Source of the DNA: Chrysomallon squamiferum | Taxonomy: Eukaryota; Animalia; Mollusca | Reading direction: 5' to 3' | DNA: 64,000 bases | NCBI GenBank assembly: GCA_012295275.1 | Contig: CM022665.1 | Coordinates: 19,840,001-19,904,000, forward strand | Part shown: positions 44,801 to 58,659 of the stretch, piece by piece | Position numbering within the stretch: position 1 is the stretch's first letter | How the letters are laid out: each line of letters begins with the position of its first letter | Position numbers and translations under genes: made by a program | The notes under the pieces: generated by a model | What the model was told of the DNA's origin: nothing | Databases searched by the model: none | What the model saw: the letters and a program-made list of their open reading frames with translations, nothing else

Positions 44801-45937
44801 TATGTTAGTGTATTTGATACATTAGTTCTTAATTACATAATTTATTCGTGAAATGGATATGAAATGAAATTTACAAAATCATGAAATGAAAAACAGCAAT
44901 TTTTTAAAACAGAAAACCACTGGGTTTACATTGGTGACAATAAATCTTTTAACACTGTTATTGTTTTTATTTTATAAACTGTAATTAGACAAACCTGTTG
45001 CTGCCACAGTGTGAGATCTTCCACAAGCAATAAGAGTAACCTTCTCACGTTTCAAACCTGAAAAACAAACAAAATCATTAGTTTAAGTGTATAGCTGCTG
45101 GGTATGGTGTTTATATAAATACATTTATTATTATTATTATTAGTAGTAGTACTGGTACCTGTACTATTACTATTATTACTACTACTATTATTAGTGATAG
45201 TATTATTATCCTTACTACTATTGCTACTACAAGTATTTAAAAAAAGATCTGATGTATGGGGCAATATATACATATATTATTACTACTATTACTACCACTA
45301 TTTTTTAAATGCTTTAAAACTGCAAGTATTTAAAAAAGTACTAATATTATTATTATTATTAAACTTTTTTTTTTAATTAACATTTTTTAAAAATACTACC
45401 AGAAAATGGAATTTTGAACTTATTTTTCAAACATTATTTTATTTCAATGTTGATTTATTTTACTAACATTTTATACAGTAGGGTTTGTTTGCTGTTTTAA
45501 TCTGCTCCAGGCCAAGCTGACCCCAACTGTTTGAGCCAAACATGAAAACACGTCCACTCTCTGAAAACAAAAAGATAAAAACTAAATCTAACAAATCTCA
45601 TTGTCAGTGAAAACAACACAACAATTACAGAATTCATAATAAATATATTCATTTCTTCATGAAAGATATGTTCAAGTAATCATTTAAAAATAATAATAAT
45701 TAACTTTTAATCATAAACAAGATGACTTTGATTTTTAAAAATATGCTTGTTGGCTTTTGCATGGTTCTTTGTCCATATGTTTGATGGAACATAAACATTT
45801 TTCTACCAACACCAAAAAACCTTTAAAGCTAATAAGTTTATATCACAGTAGAAAAATTCCAGAAGCCAGATATTTTTAATGTACAGTTCTTTTTTTTTTT
45901 TTTTTTTTTATTAAGACTGGTCAGCAAAAACAAGTAA

Positions 45938-45997
<60 letters not shown>

Positions 45998-47761
45998 AAG
46001 AAGAAGAAGAACTCTTTTTCTTTTTTTATAAACAAGAATTTTACAAATGTTTCTATCACAAAAATTTTGTTACCTGCCACAAGAGCTGTGTGTTCATCGC
46101 CACAACTAATCTGTAACACTCTGTCATTTTTAACCCAAAATTTATTTGGAAGATTTTCAGCAAAACTGCTTTTTCCAAATGTAAACACAGCACCAGTTTC
46201 TGAAGGAAAATTACTTTATTATAATTATAATCTTAAAATATTTTTAGTGTTGCATATTTCTGATAAATGTTGTTATAATATTTATACATTTCCTACAAGA
46301 CACCATATCAGAAAATTATCCAAAATTTCTTTCTCGACATATAGGATAGACAGATAGATAAATAGATACAAATACAGATATACAGGGTGGCCCAAAAGTA
46401 GGTTTACAGTTATTACGTAGGCAATTTATTTTAAAATATAAGCATGTTTCAAGCATTACACAGAAACTGTTTAATCTCTCAGGTGCTCAAAATGTCCTCC
46501 TTCAACACTGTATTTTATGTTAATTGTACTTAGCAAGTGACTTCAAGCATATAAATGATAGTTTAATAACTGTAAACCTACTTTTGGGCCACCCTGTATA
46601 TTTGCACTCTGTTTCAAAACAACAATTATACAGACATTTTTATTCTTGAAATATTTATTAACTTAAAGTCACCTTCAAACTGACTTTGGTATTGTATTAC
46701 AATAGTTAACATATAATGTTAACGTCTTGTTTTTGTGTTCCTTTACAAAACAGTGTATCTTACTATGTGCTAACAGATGGAAGATAATTCAATAGGTAAA
46801 ATAATCCACATTTAAATGCAGAGTACATGCTCAAGCAATATTCTGGTGATGAACAGAAATGGCAGTAAACCAGGGGGTGCCTTAATACAGGATCACTGTG
46901 TGTGTGTGTGTGAGCCTGATCATAACTACTCTTTTTGAAGTGAGGCAAAAACATTTAATTGACACACAGAGTGTGGCAATAAATTTTGGCCAGATGCTCC
47001 GACTTGAACGTGGTTATCATTTCTAATGGAATAGAGATTTATATTTTTACAATAAAATCTTTCTATAAAATAAAAATAATAGAAAAAAAACACCAAAAAA
47101 CCCCGTCAATTTCGGTATGAAGCATTTATCTCACTTGCTTTAATGTAGTTATGGCCATGGCGGGCATGTGTGTGTGTACACTGTTTTTACAAATCAACAG
47201 AGATGTTTGTGTAAATGTTTAGAGGCTTTAAATAAACACAAGGACATCACTTACACTCATGCACATATTTACCTAAAAACTAACAATGCGTTCAAAAATA
47301 ATATTATGCTGATATCAATTTATATTCAGTAATATTTACGCGGTATCAGAGTTTTATAACAAATTTGACACTGGTCAGTGATACAAACAGAAACAAAAAT
47401 TTAGCCTAAGGTGAAAGGCAAATACTTGAAATAGATAAACAATACAAAAACAGAACATATCTACATTCACGTTCGCATGCAAGCACGCACACGCATACAT
47501 TTTAGTTTTAAATGTTTCTGTCCTGGGGATTGTTTTGGGGTGTGTGTTTTTGGTTTGTTTTGGTTTGTTTTGTTTTGTTGTTTGTTTTGCTTTGGGGGTT
47601 TTAAGTAGTAATATATTTACTATGCTTTGAAGAGTTAAAAATGTAATAATAACTCATTATAGCTTCATTTTGAAAATGCGATGAAAAGCATTTAGGTGAA
47701 CTAACAGAAACTATATACTAATGCACTAACCTGGAATGTCAGTATCATCTACTAACGACAT
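33029..47761 (-). CDS. RPGR: Retinitis pigmentosa GTPase regulator (RCC1-like domain, acidic/charged tail, C-terminal CAAX CTIL); ~764 aa
   Basis: 19 exons (minus strand): 47761-47731, 46199-46074, 45560-45468, 45057-44995, 43860-43705, 43348-43199, 42136-41984, 41456-41304, 40961-40837, 40275-40102, 39543-39378, 39034-38982, 37915-37865, 36664-36587, 35037-34887, 34787-34530, 34128-34058, 33623-33405, 33052-33029 (2295 nt). Motifs: [29 protein letters not shown], repeated FGxNxxGQLG, [23 protein letters not shown]; ends SRFCTIL*. Confidence 0.92.
38580..38960. repeat. Degenerate ~22-bp minisatellite (ACAAAACTAGACACTAATA-like)
   Basis: Direct repeats in an RPGR intron. Confidence 0.7.
42699..43055. 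mobile_element. Decayed non-autonomous DNA transposon/MITE (~355 bp)
   Basis: Imperfect inverted termini CAGAGGTCTC..GATGGCAG / CTGCCATCCC..GAGACCTTTG; interrupts a degenerate intronic tandem repeat; no clear target-site duplication. Confidence 0.45.
44072..44933. mobile_element. Possible old non-autonomous DNA transposon (~860 bp)
   Basis: Imperfect inverted ends CAGTAGACCCAATTGTTTT / AAAACCACTGGGTTTACATTG; CpG-richer interior than the surrounding intron. Confidence 0.35.
46383..46596. mobile_element. Tc1/mariner-type MITE, 214 bp, in RPGR intron 1
   Basis: Perfect 33-bp terminal inverted repeats CAGGGTGGCCCAAAAGTAGGTTTACAGTTATTA, flanked by TA on both sides (46381-82, 46597-98); no coding capacity. 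Confidence 0.9.
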
Positions 47762-47765
47762 GTTG

Positions 47766-47779
47766 GTAACCTAAACAAC
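47766..47779 (-). promoter_or_regulatory. Candidate RFX X-box (GTTGTTTAGGTTAC) just upstream of the RPGR ATG, with ETS-like CCGGATGT/ACTTCCGG at 47792-47817
   Basis: Imperfect palindrome resembling the GTNNYY-NN-RRNAAC X-box found at ciliary gene promoters. Confidence 0.45.
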
Positions 47780-49442
47780 TTTTCAAAATGCCCGGATGTC
47801 AAGTGCGATACTTCCGGTATGTCAAATAAAATTAAAGCGCAATACAAAGCTTTAATAACAGCAAAATGAATGGACATACGTATTTTAGTAGGCCTACTAT
47901 CCTTGATGACTGAGAATAGACTGTAATCATTCTCCAAGGCTTTTTATTTCTTTCTTTATTTTAAATACATTTCATATCAGACTTAGCACAAGAAATTACA
48001 CAGTAGATCAACATGTAGGACTGAATCAGAACATTTTTCTTTAGACTAATAATAATGAAATAGATACGCAGGTACCAAGAAAGCATAATAAAATGAAACA
48101 CATCCAGTGGTCCTAAGATTAAAGATCATGATAAAAATTACGATAATTTATGGCAGGATTAGATTATAATAATAATGACGTGTGTGTGTCAGACGAGATT
48201 GATAAAAAAATGTAAAAACCTGCTTTTGAATCTCTTTTGCCGTCACTTCAAAATAATAATAATGTAATTATAAACCTAGATGGAAAATAGGTGAAAAAAT
48301 TGAGTACAGTTAAAATTAATTTTGTGTCGGTGAACAAGATTTCTTTTGCCTTGTAGCATAGCAAACAGGACAATTTTTGCCTGATGGGTTATTGATAAAG
48401 AAACAATCTCCAGCTTTTTATTTAAAAATAAATAAAATATATTCCTTGAAAAGTATTTCAAACATTTGCCTTCTAATGAATTGAAAAATAAATAAAAATT
48501 TCATAGTCACTTTAGCAGAGAAACATTTCAAATTGTTCTCTTAATAGAGGCCAGCTGAAACATTTTCAAATCTTAAGAGATTTCCTTTATATAACTTAAA
48601 AAATTTCACGTTTCGTTCAGGAAAATCAGTTTGCACGTGAAAATAACACTATGTTGTGTAGATGAGCTAAGAATTCTGAAGAATTATAAACTTTCTCAGA
48701 CCTAAACTAAAGAAAAAAAAATCACATTGCTATATCTCTAAAATTGGTATAAACTATCCAGTACACAAAACAAAAACAGACTAACAGAGATACAATCTTT
48801 ATTAGCAAACATCTAATTATTATGTACATTGAGTTGCCCACTAAGAAACTACAAGTAAAAGAAATATAAAACTGATATCAGACAAAGACTAAGCTACGAA
48901 GACGTCACATTTCCAATCATTGCCCACCAGACAGACAGACAGACGGCAAGCGTGACCATACACACAGTTATTTACATCAGTTCAGCAGAGGTCAAACATG
49001 GAACACAACTTCATTCATTACAAACGTTTTGCACAAAATTCACCATTAATTGTGTCTTTGGGCAAATGTCTTATTTTTTTTTTTTTTAAGATTGATCATG
49101 ATACCTATGTTTAACAAACTGGCTCTGTTGAGATTAAAACCATGTCTGAAGAATACAGATTGATGGAGCAGATGTCATTACAGTTTCCTAGCAAATCCCA
49201 GCCAATGCCAGAACTTGTTTTTAATTCTTCAATAGTACAATTATGGTATCCATGTGTCCTGAAATAATTCAGCCAAGCTGAATCCAGAGTTGACAACATA
49301 TATTCCAAATCTTTATTGAGAAAAAATAATTAATTAAAAAAAAAAAAATAAAACAAATTAAAAAAAAACTGCACTGCATTGATTTTCCAGCAAAATGAAA
49401 CCACAGATAGCTTGTTATTCTCCACCAGTAAATATTCTCACT

Positions 49443-52164
49443 TTATGATACATCTGAAAAATAAAATATATATTTATTAGATCATGACATTTTCAAAAAA
49501 AAAAAAAAAAAAAAAAAAACCCCTCCAAAAACCAACATTTTTAGCTTAACCCTTCAAACAATTTCACTGTCACTGTTACTTATCTAAGTATGATCAAGGT
49601 ATTTTCTGAAATAGTTTTTTAATGAATAAACAATGAAGATGAAATGTCAGCCTTTTATCTCCATATTACAGGATTAGTAAAATGTTATTTGTTTTACATT
49701 TGAATAAATTTACTTTTGTCAGTATACACTCAAAACATACAATCTGAAGTATGGTTAGGCAGTTACTATTAACATCCAAAATTATAATATATATTAGTTT
49801 TAAATGTGCTCGAAGATTAAAGTGATAAATTATCAGAAAGTACAAAAACTAATTATGTTATCAATTTTATATCAATACAGTCTTAAGTATATTTACCACT
49901 GCTGATACCTGCCTGTAGCACATTAAGACAAGTCTATATTAAAATGTTTATCATAATTTATTGCTGTAAGCAAATAATGAGTTGTTTTCTTTAAAAAAAA
50001 TTTAAATGTACTCCAAATCTGCTGACTAACATTTATTATAATAAAAATATTAAAGAAGATTGTTTAATGGATCAGATGAAAAGAAAAAAATTCCAGATGT
50101 GATTTTGACAATCATGAAAACAACTTACAACTCATTGGAGCATCTCCAAATCTCTTGTGTAGCTGGTCATGATTGAACTTCAAAAATGCTTCATATTGCT
50201 CTGAAATAGAAAAAAAACACTGGTATGACACAAAAGTCACCGTAACTACCCTTACCAACAAACATTTGAAAATATATACCATTAGCTGTTTTTCAATTAA
50301 AGGCTACATTTTACAGATTAGTCAAGTAATTATGTCTGTGGGTACTGAAAACATTTTTACTAGTCTAAAATACAGACAGTACAAATCAGTGATAATTTTA
50401 CATGTCTTCAATTTGACACCCAAGTTGCAAGATTAACACATTTTACATTAGTAAAAATATTGCATGAACAAATCTGACAGACACTTGAATCACTTACGCT
50501 GGATATGCGAAATGAATGAAAAATGAATGGACATTAAATTGTTTTTCATCTTATTGTCTTTGAAATTCTATCAAGCAACTGCAAATGTGCCAATTGTTAT
50601 CTTCACTGCTTGAAACATGGTCAATTCAGTGTGTGACCACCAAAGTGTCATAGTGGACTAAACTTTCTGTTTAATGACTTGTGTTTGAGGATGGATTATG
50701 TTCACTAATTCTTCTTTAATTACTTACTTCTTACACAAGAAGTCCCTAATGTTTCTATTAGTATTCTTCATAACTGTCAAGTGTGTTGATTTAATTTTTT
50801 ACAGGTCATTCAACCAAATTTTGCATTCCTTTTCATATCATAATTTGTTTTTGTTTTTCATTTTTGCTATGAAATATTTTTAAAATGTAGCATTTTCAGT
50901 CACAAATCTGTATTATCTTACATAATGTTTATTTGGTAGAAATTAAGCACCTATTACAGGCTTTGAAATTACTGTTTCTTCCTTAATATTCAAAATATTC
51001 ACTTTATTTTAAAGGGATTTCCAAGCTCTTTCCAGCTGGTTTGTCTTAAGATTTCTGGGGTATGAAAAAACTGTCCACATGCCTACTGCATTTATTCAGC
51101 TACCTGACTACATTACAAACTACAAGTTCTGTGTTCTATTAAAATGTTACCCTATCTATTCAGCTACCTGACTACATTTTTAACTACAAGCTGTTCTATT
51201 TAGCTACTACTCCACATTTTTAACAGCAAATTCTATGTTCTGTTTAGACTGTTACCATATTTATTCAACTACTTGCCTGCAATTTTATTTGTAAGTACTG
51301 TGTTGTATTCGCCACAAATTTCTTCCTCTCTCTCCTTGACGAGTCGCTCACAAATCATGTTCACCTGTCTGAATGTGAAGAGTGGAACATCCTTTTTGCT
51401 TGGAGAGAGTGAATTCAAGAATGAGGTTGCAGAGCATTGAGCCAGATTGTCTGTATTACATGCTGAAGGTACTTCCATTGACGGTGGTGGGCTGCTACTT
51501 GATGGATATTGCAACTGACGTCTTCTCTGCATTTTCTTAATCTCCAAGCTGATACTTGCTGCAATACGTTCTGTGGAAAAAGGGAGAAAAAAATTAATTA
51601 TAATTACACCAAGATGATAAAAGTGTACAAACAGCCAAGTCGAAGCAACTAATGGTAACTATCACATTGCAAGTGGAACATGGTCAAGTTTACAAATAGT
51701 TATACAAAATAAAAATATCTTCACCTGTTTATTTATATTTTTCACATGACCATACATTTTCAGATCGTAATTAAATTCATGGATAGAATAAATTCATTTA
51801 TAGCTGTACCCATTTATTTTGTTCTTTGAAGTATTATTAAAATTTGAATAGATTTCAAGTTTGTGATATCCAGTCTAGATAATTGTAATCTGGTCAGCTA
51901 TTGAATTAACTATTTTATTAGTATAACATTTAAAACTGAGTTTCTAACATTCTGAGATTATTAATAGTAATAAACCCTAGTCTCACCTTTGGAAAGATTT
52001 GGAACCACGTCTGCAAATGGATTTGTTTGGTGCGATTTTGTAGGTGGAGTCGATGGCGATAATGTCATTGGTATACATCTTCTTCGTTTTATTGGCGTTC
52101 CTTGATTAGGACTGTGAAGAGGATCGAATTCCAGACTTCTTTTAAGAGTTGCACCGCAAGCCAT
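49443..52164 (-). CDS. AKIRIN2: Akirin (akirin-2-like); 184 aa
   Basis: Exons 52164-51987, 51570-51277, 50200-50129, 49453-49443. Motifs: [58 protein letters not shown]-terminal SYVS*. Intron 2 uses a GC donor (AG|GCAAGT). Confidence 0.95.
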
Positions 52165-52365
52165 CTTTAAAACCTAACAGGCCGATGGCTTGTTTAGTTT
52201 TACCTTAAAATACTATATACTGATGGCTGAACTTAAAATTGCTGTGGTCTAAAACTTATCTCAATCCTTTCTCTCGCAGTAAAACAAACAACTACGGCTG
52301 TTAAAATATTAGAAAACCAAAGATGATAATGGATAGTAATCAACTACTTCTACAATCTCAACTAC

Positions 52366-52377
52366 AAAATGGCAGCC
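52366..52377 (+). promoter_or_regulatory. YY1-like motif (AAAATGGCAGCC) about 200 bp upstream of the akirin ATG
   Basis: Close match to the YY1 consensus AA(A/G)ATGGCGGC at the expected promoter/5'UTR position. Confidence 0.35.
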
Positions 52378-52763
52378 GTTTTTGATTGTTTAGCCTCGTT
52401 CTCGATTTGTAAACTTCAGCTGATATATATATATAAATTTGAACACAATGAGTCAACTGAAAACGAATTTTAAAATTCTTTATTACTTCTTCTCTTAACA
52501 TAAAACCTGTAAAAAATAAACCTAATATTTATTTTTGCTTTTGTTTTATGAATTAAATCAGCATAATAAGCTATTAATTTGTTATCCTTTTAAACTTTTT
52601 TGTGGTTTCCTAGAAGTGCTTTTTCGTTTCTTTTTTCGAAGTAATTTTATAAAAACTACATCTTACAAAAATTTGAAAGTAACATTATTTCTGATCGAAC
52701 TTTCGACCTCCTTCATCCTTGTATATATAGCATGGACCAATGATTTAAAAAAAATTAAAATAG

Positions 52764-52963
52764 GAAACTCATTGTTTGCATACATAACAATACAGGTTTT
52801 AGAAGAAGAATGCTTTTTATTATTTGTTTTCAATTTTCTGTTCTAAAATAGGCATCAAGCATTATAATGAATGTATCAAGGCAATCATTCATATGACACG
52901 TGATCAGTTTGCTTTTTACAGGTGCATATACCATCTCTAATATATTCAGAATTTAAATATTAT

Positions 52964-53007
<44 letters not shown>

Positions 53008-53379
53008 ATATTGGTTTCAAGTATTGTTTTACAACTACGTACTCAGAACTGTCCGCTATGGAATTTTGGCAGTGTAACGTGTAACAATTATGGTACCTAA
53101 TGAGAATAGTCGTTTCCATATTCACACGCTAGTGTCTGTGAAAATTATTAAATTTTTAATTTTTATTTATTTATTTATTTTTTTGCTGGCGAAGTAATAT
53201 TTGAAAAAAATATAGCACGAAATGCGTTCGAGATGGTGTGATGTCAAAGTTACGCATCAGAGCCCAAGAGAAAATAATATTCAGGTGAAGTTTGTACCCA
53301 GTAAATCGGCGAAATCAGGAGGCATTTTTTCCGATAACGCAATTTTCGCTGTTACGAGTTATCGTTCCTGTTGGTCCAT

Positions 53380-53425
<46 letters not shown>

Positions 53426-54624
53426 GATTGCCTAACAAATGCATTGACATTGCATTGTTTACTATAAACTTTATATCGATCCGGGGGAAATACGGGTTTC
53501 TGTTCATTGCATCGACCAATGATTTTTTTGATTTTTATGTTGTTTTTTTATTCGAACAGGAAACTCGTTGTTTGCATACATAAACTTTAGGTTTTAGAGG
53601 ATGAATGATTTTTATTTCAACGAAAAAGAATGAAAAATTAATTTTTAACTTATCTTTTTATACCATCGGTTGACAGACCTTTAAAACTATTTTTAAATTT
53701 TCTGTCGAAAAACTGGTATCAAGCACTATAATGAATGTATCAGGGCAATCATTCAAATAACACGTGATTAATTTGCTTTTTACATATAAATATGACTCTA
53801 ATGCACTGAAAATGGAAATAAATATTATAAAAGAAAGAAATAATAATAATAATAATAATAATAATTAAAATGGTTTCACGTATTGTTTTATAACAACGTA
53901 CTCAGAACTGTCCGCTATAGAGTTTTGGCAGAGTAACGGGTCCACATTATGGTACCTAATGAAAATAGTTATTTTGATATTCACGCGCCAATATCTGTGA
54001 AAATTATTATATATTTATTTATTTATTTATTTTGCTGGCAATAATGTTGGAATCGAAATATAGTAAGAAACGGGTACGAGATGGTATGACGTCAAAGTAT
54101 TCAAAAAAAAAAAAAAAATTGTTTCGACCTTTGCAACAATTTCTATTCAATAATGGACATCTATATATACGAGGCGCTGATTATATGATATAGTTTTTAA
54201 AAATCCATGTAAATTGATTGCATCATGAAGGAATATATGTTTAAAAGTTTGTAAATACTGACTGGCGTCGGACGCCGCCATTTGAATTTCGATCGGAAAT
54301 TTCCGTGCATGCTCGGAAACCGTTACGTCGGGGGTTTTAAACTTCCAAATTCAACAATTTACATCCATTGCTGAATTTGTATTTTATGATTTAAGGTAAG
54401 GATGATTATTCATATTACCAAACCACGATGTACAAATCCTTTCCTAAATACTTTTTCAACTTAATCAAACGTTTCAAATTGGCAATGTTCCCCATGTCAG
54501 AACTAATCGTAAAAGAACATTCAAGCCTAGTTTGTACCCATTAAAACAGGAGAAATCTGGAGCCATTTTTTTCAGCAGACGCAATTTGTGTCGTTACGAG
54601 TTATTGTTCCTGTTGGTTCGTGCT
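52764..54624 (+). repeat. Locally duplicated diverged blocks (52764-53250 ~ 53560-54097; 53290-53381 ~ 54530-54624), probably TE-derived
   Basis: Shared strings such as gaaactc-ttgtttgcatacataa, aatgaatgtatca-ggcaatcattca, acgtactcagaactgtccgctat, ttatggtacctaatga, agtttgtaccca, gttacgagttat-gttcctgttgg. Confidence 0.7.
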
Positions 54625-57600
54625 AGTATTTATGAATATAAAAAAGAATAATGTTCTGTTGCTCTAAAGTGACAATAAATTATGATCCAAATCTAGTATT
54701 AATTATAAATGTTATGTATATTCCGATTATTACTACTGAAAAGTAAATATGCTGGTAGAGAATTAATAATCCGCTATATACTTCTTGATAGAGATCCAAA
54801 ATGTCAGCCTCTGTTTCGACCATGATTGTTTCCAAGGGTATCCTACAAAATGAATATGAGAAAACGTTACGTATATCGAGATAACCGCATCCAGTTAAAC
54901 AGGCTAAACATAATATTTTTAAACGGTAGTAAATAAAATCTGAAATTTGTTGTCATGGCAGTTACAATTCCAAATGCTAGAAGTATGATCACATCATTCT
55001 TCATACCTATTCGTAATTATACATATATTTTTATGAGACTTTTTTTTCAATTCTATTGTTTGTTTTTTGAAGAAAAAAAAGCTCTCTTAATTTCTCATAC
55101 GGATAAAAATGATTTTGTTTTTAAGAATGCTATGAAGGAATATATGAACGTTTTTAATAGTTCAGAAAAGTCATGGTCGACACACATGCTCTAACATACC
55201 TATTTTTCATAGAATAAATTTGGCGCAATCATTTTATCGGCTCTTCAATAATAATTAAAAAAAAAAAAGAGAGGAAAAAAGGAGGTCTCCGCAAGTTCTT
55301 TTTACAGACGGAAATACACCAGATTCACTTCTAAAAGAAAGAACTTGTTACGCGCTACCTTTCTCGAAAACGTCACGATTTTCCAAATATGTTGTCACTG
55401 ATGATGAGCGACGTATTACATATATATCATTATATCAGAAATTAAACGTGTTTAAGTGTACGTGACTGCACAAATCAATGCAACTATAACATGCCCACGC
55501 TTACATTAAAATATAAAATATATGTTTGTGCTCTTCTTCTTTTTCTTTCTTTTACATGAAATCTGCTGTTAATCACGCATGTTAAAAAGAGGTAATGTGT
55601 AACGATTTTTTTAATTTTTTTTTGGCTTTTTCTAAAATAAATAAAAGTGGAACCTAATTTTTCTGAAGCACAGGAAAGTAACTGTGTAGGAAACCGGGGA
55701 TTTTAGAAATAATTACGTTATTTGTAAACCTTTATCCATAACAATATCGATAACCACGACAAAAAGAGCTGATTTACTCTATAGTTAAAGAGTTAGTTTA
55801 TTCTGCACTGTTTAGTTAGTCTGTAATTTCAGTATCAGTTAACTAAATATAGAATAAGCTGTAATTTAATACAGGATATTTGTAAATTCTTTTAGTTAGT
55901 ATTACTTTTTAAATTTTTATTGTTTTTTATTTATCTTTATCCTGTGTAATCTCGGGTCTACTCGACAGTTACTGCTCCATTCGGTTAGTATCAAATGAGC
56001 ACGAGTGATTAATAGAACGTTTCCAACAATTGTGTGAGATAAATCACCACTGTGGTAATAGTCTGAATAACTACTTTGTTGCCTAAACATTCCTCATTTC
56101 TTTCAAGCGCATTGGCGTAGCTAGAGGGGGAGCAAGGGCGCGATCGCTCCACATGAACATATTTTTAAAAACTGGCGCCTTTTCAACAATAATTAAGCTT
56201 TAGTTCATTTATGCAGTAAAAGTCGAATCTTCTTATTTTTTATTTCTTCTTCTTATTTATTTATTTATTTATTAATAACACTCTTTGCTTTTATTATGCT
56301 TTTTTTTTCTTCTTCTTCTTCTTCTTTTTTTTTTTTTTTTTTAAATTGTGTTTTAATTTTAAATACATAATAAAAATGTACAATACGTTTCTTGGCGCCT
56401 TTTTTATGTTCTCTCTCCTCTTAACTTTAAAAGTCGGCTATGTTCCTCTTCGTGCGGGACTTCTCCCCTATCCCGTTTTAACTGAATTGGGTTTGTTCTC
56501 ATTTTGTGCACGATTATTAATTTTATGAGTTATACATTTTTTATTTTATCTGTGAAAATGAAGGATGATAAAGAAGTTTCTAACAAATGAAATGAAAAAT
56601 TCCAAAATAAATAATCAACATCCAGTGTCAAGCACAAAATAATAGTTTTGATGACACATTTATTTAAGTAGATAAACTGTAGTTCTTTGGGTAGATGTGT
56701 AGTATTTTAATTAAATGCTTGGGTGAATGGTACTGGGGGTTATTCCTATTCCAAAAACTTCTAACTATTTTAGGATATAAGCATATTTATTCTGATCAGT
56801 TATGAAATGTTTTTAACAACCAGTGCAAACATTCTGAAAATTAAAGGGTGTTATTTTGAAAATATGGTCTTATCGAAATGCTGTGAATGTGCTAAATTGC
56901 AGCATGAACACACTTTCTTCAGGGTAATGTAAATATTCCAAGCAAATTACTGTGCGTTTCAATTAGCAATGTAACTCAATATTTCTGAAGTGACGTCCAA
57001 ATTAGTTTTAAACAATAAACACATAGTGCATGTGTAAATTGTTTCAAACATTTTAATCTTGTGTAAATATAAGTGATAGGCTGAAAGGCATCCAGGTTTT
57101 TTTAAGCTTCAGATGACGTAATCAAATCTTCAGTCAAGTAATGTGGCATCGATCATTATTTTCTTGTCCTAGTACATTTTAGTAAGATCATTATACACAT
57201 CCTTTTTAAAACGCTTGACAAGCATCTTTATTATACGGCTCTGCAACACAACAGAACAAAGATGGCACTATCGATGATCGACTCTCAGACGATTAAAAGT
57301 GATATAAAGCTTCCTTCGGGTATAATCGGAAATCGATATTTTTTTACCATTATTACTACCGTTGTTGTTATCTATTTTTCTCAGTTTTATGTCTAATTAT
57401 TTGACTGCTTTAAGTTTCTTAAACTATCGAAAATATTGATAGTGAATGAAACTATCGCCATTTTATTTTTCGTTAGATATATTGCTTTCGAATCCTTAAC
57501 AGTCGCACTTCATCGACAGTTGGATGTTACACCCTTACAAAAGACAAAATAAAGCGTGGCATAGGATCTCACCGACAATTGGAGGAAATTCAAACCACAG

Positions 57601-58659
57601 AAATGTAAGAGTGGATAATTCAGTATTTGTTTTTATTAATAGAATAATACTGAACAGAATGAAAAGTTTAGACATTTCAAGCACACCATTTTTATATACG
57701 TTTTATTGTTTTATTGTATATATATGCATAAAACTGTTTGATCACCGTGGCACCGCAGGTAAACATCATTTGCAAAGACGAGCATAAATATTATTATTAT
57801 TATCATAAAATAATAAAATAATATTAATAACAAAATAAAATGATTTTTTTATTGGATTAACTTACCTTGATTCCCATTGATGATGATGATGATGACTGTT
57901 ATTGTTATTATTGTTGTTACAAATGGGAGAAAATTCTGAACAGTGAATGTCTGTGTGTCGCTGTGAGTGTGTGTGTATGTGTGAGAACAAACCATCAGTT
58001 GTTTATAATCATTCAGTCAAACTACAGTGCATTATGGACTTTGTTGGAAAAATGTGATTCATTAATTCAATTATATGACTTGAATTAAATTAAAAACTAT
58101 TTATTATTATTATTATAGTTTTGTTTCATTACTTTATTAGCTGTTGGTACTATTATACTATATTAACTATTTTGTTAGTTTTACACTAAGTGTATGACTG
58201 TACATGTTCATCAAACAGGACATTTATATTTGGCAACTTGAAAACAAGTCTTCATTTTTGTATGATATAATGGCAAATGTTATGCAATGGCAAGACTTGT
58301 ATACAGTGGTGTATCTTCAGGAAATAGGGCCTATGTCTGAAACTGTACTCCTGTCCAAACATCTGACACCCGTCTTTCAGATAACTTTCCCATAAAAACA
58401 GGAAAAAATACCAGTCAAATTTATACAAAGTGTTGAGTGTTACAGACTTTAAGTGACATGATACTTGCCATACCTTAGGCAAACCAGTGAATGTATACCC
58501 CAGAACCATAACCCTGTATATATTATTTATTTTATTTTATTTTATTTTATTTTATTTTATTTTATTTTATTTTATTTTATTTTTTTCCCTTAATTAACTG
58601 TTACCAACATAACACTATTAACAGTAAAATGTGGTGACTATTTTTCAGTTTGATGCATC

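Noticed and set aside
56110-56450. TGGCGTAGCTAGAGGGGG-started segment as a MITE
   Set aside because: The left end looks like a TIR, but the right end is too degenerate to delimit an element.
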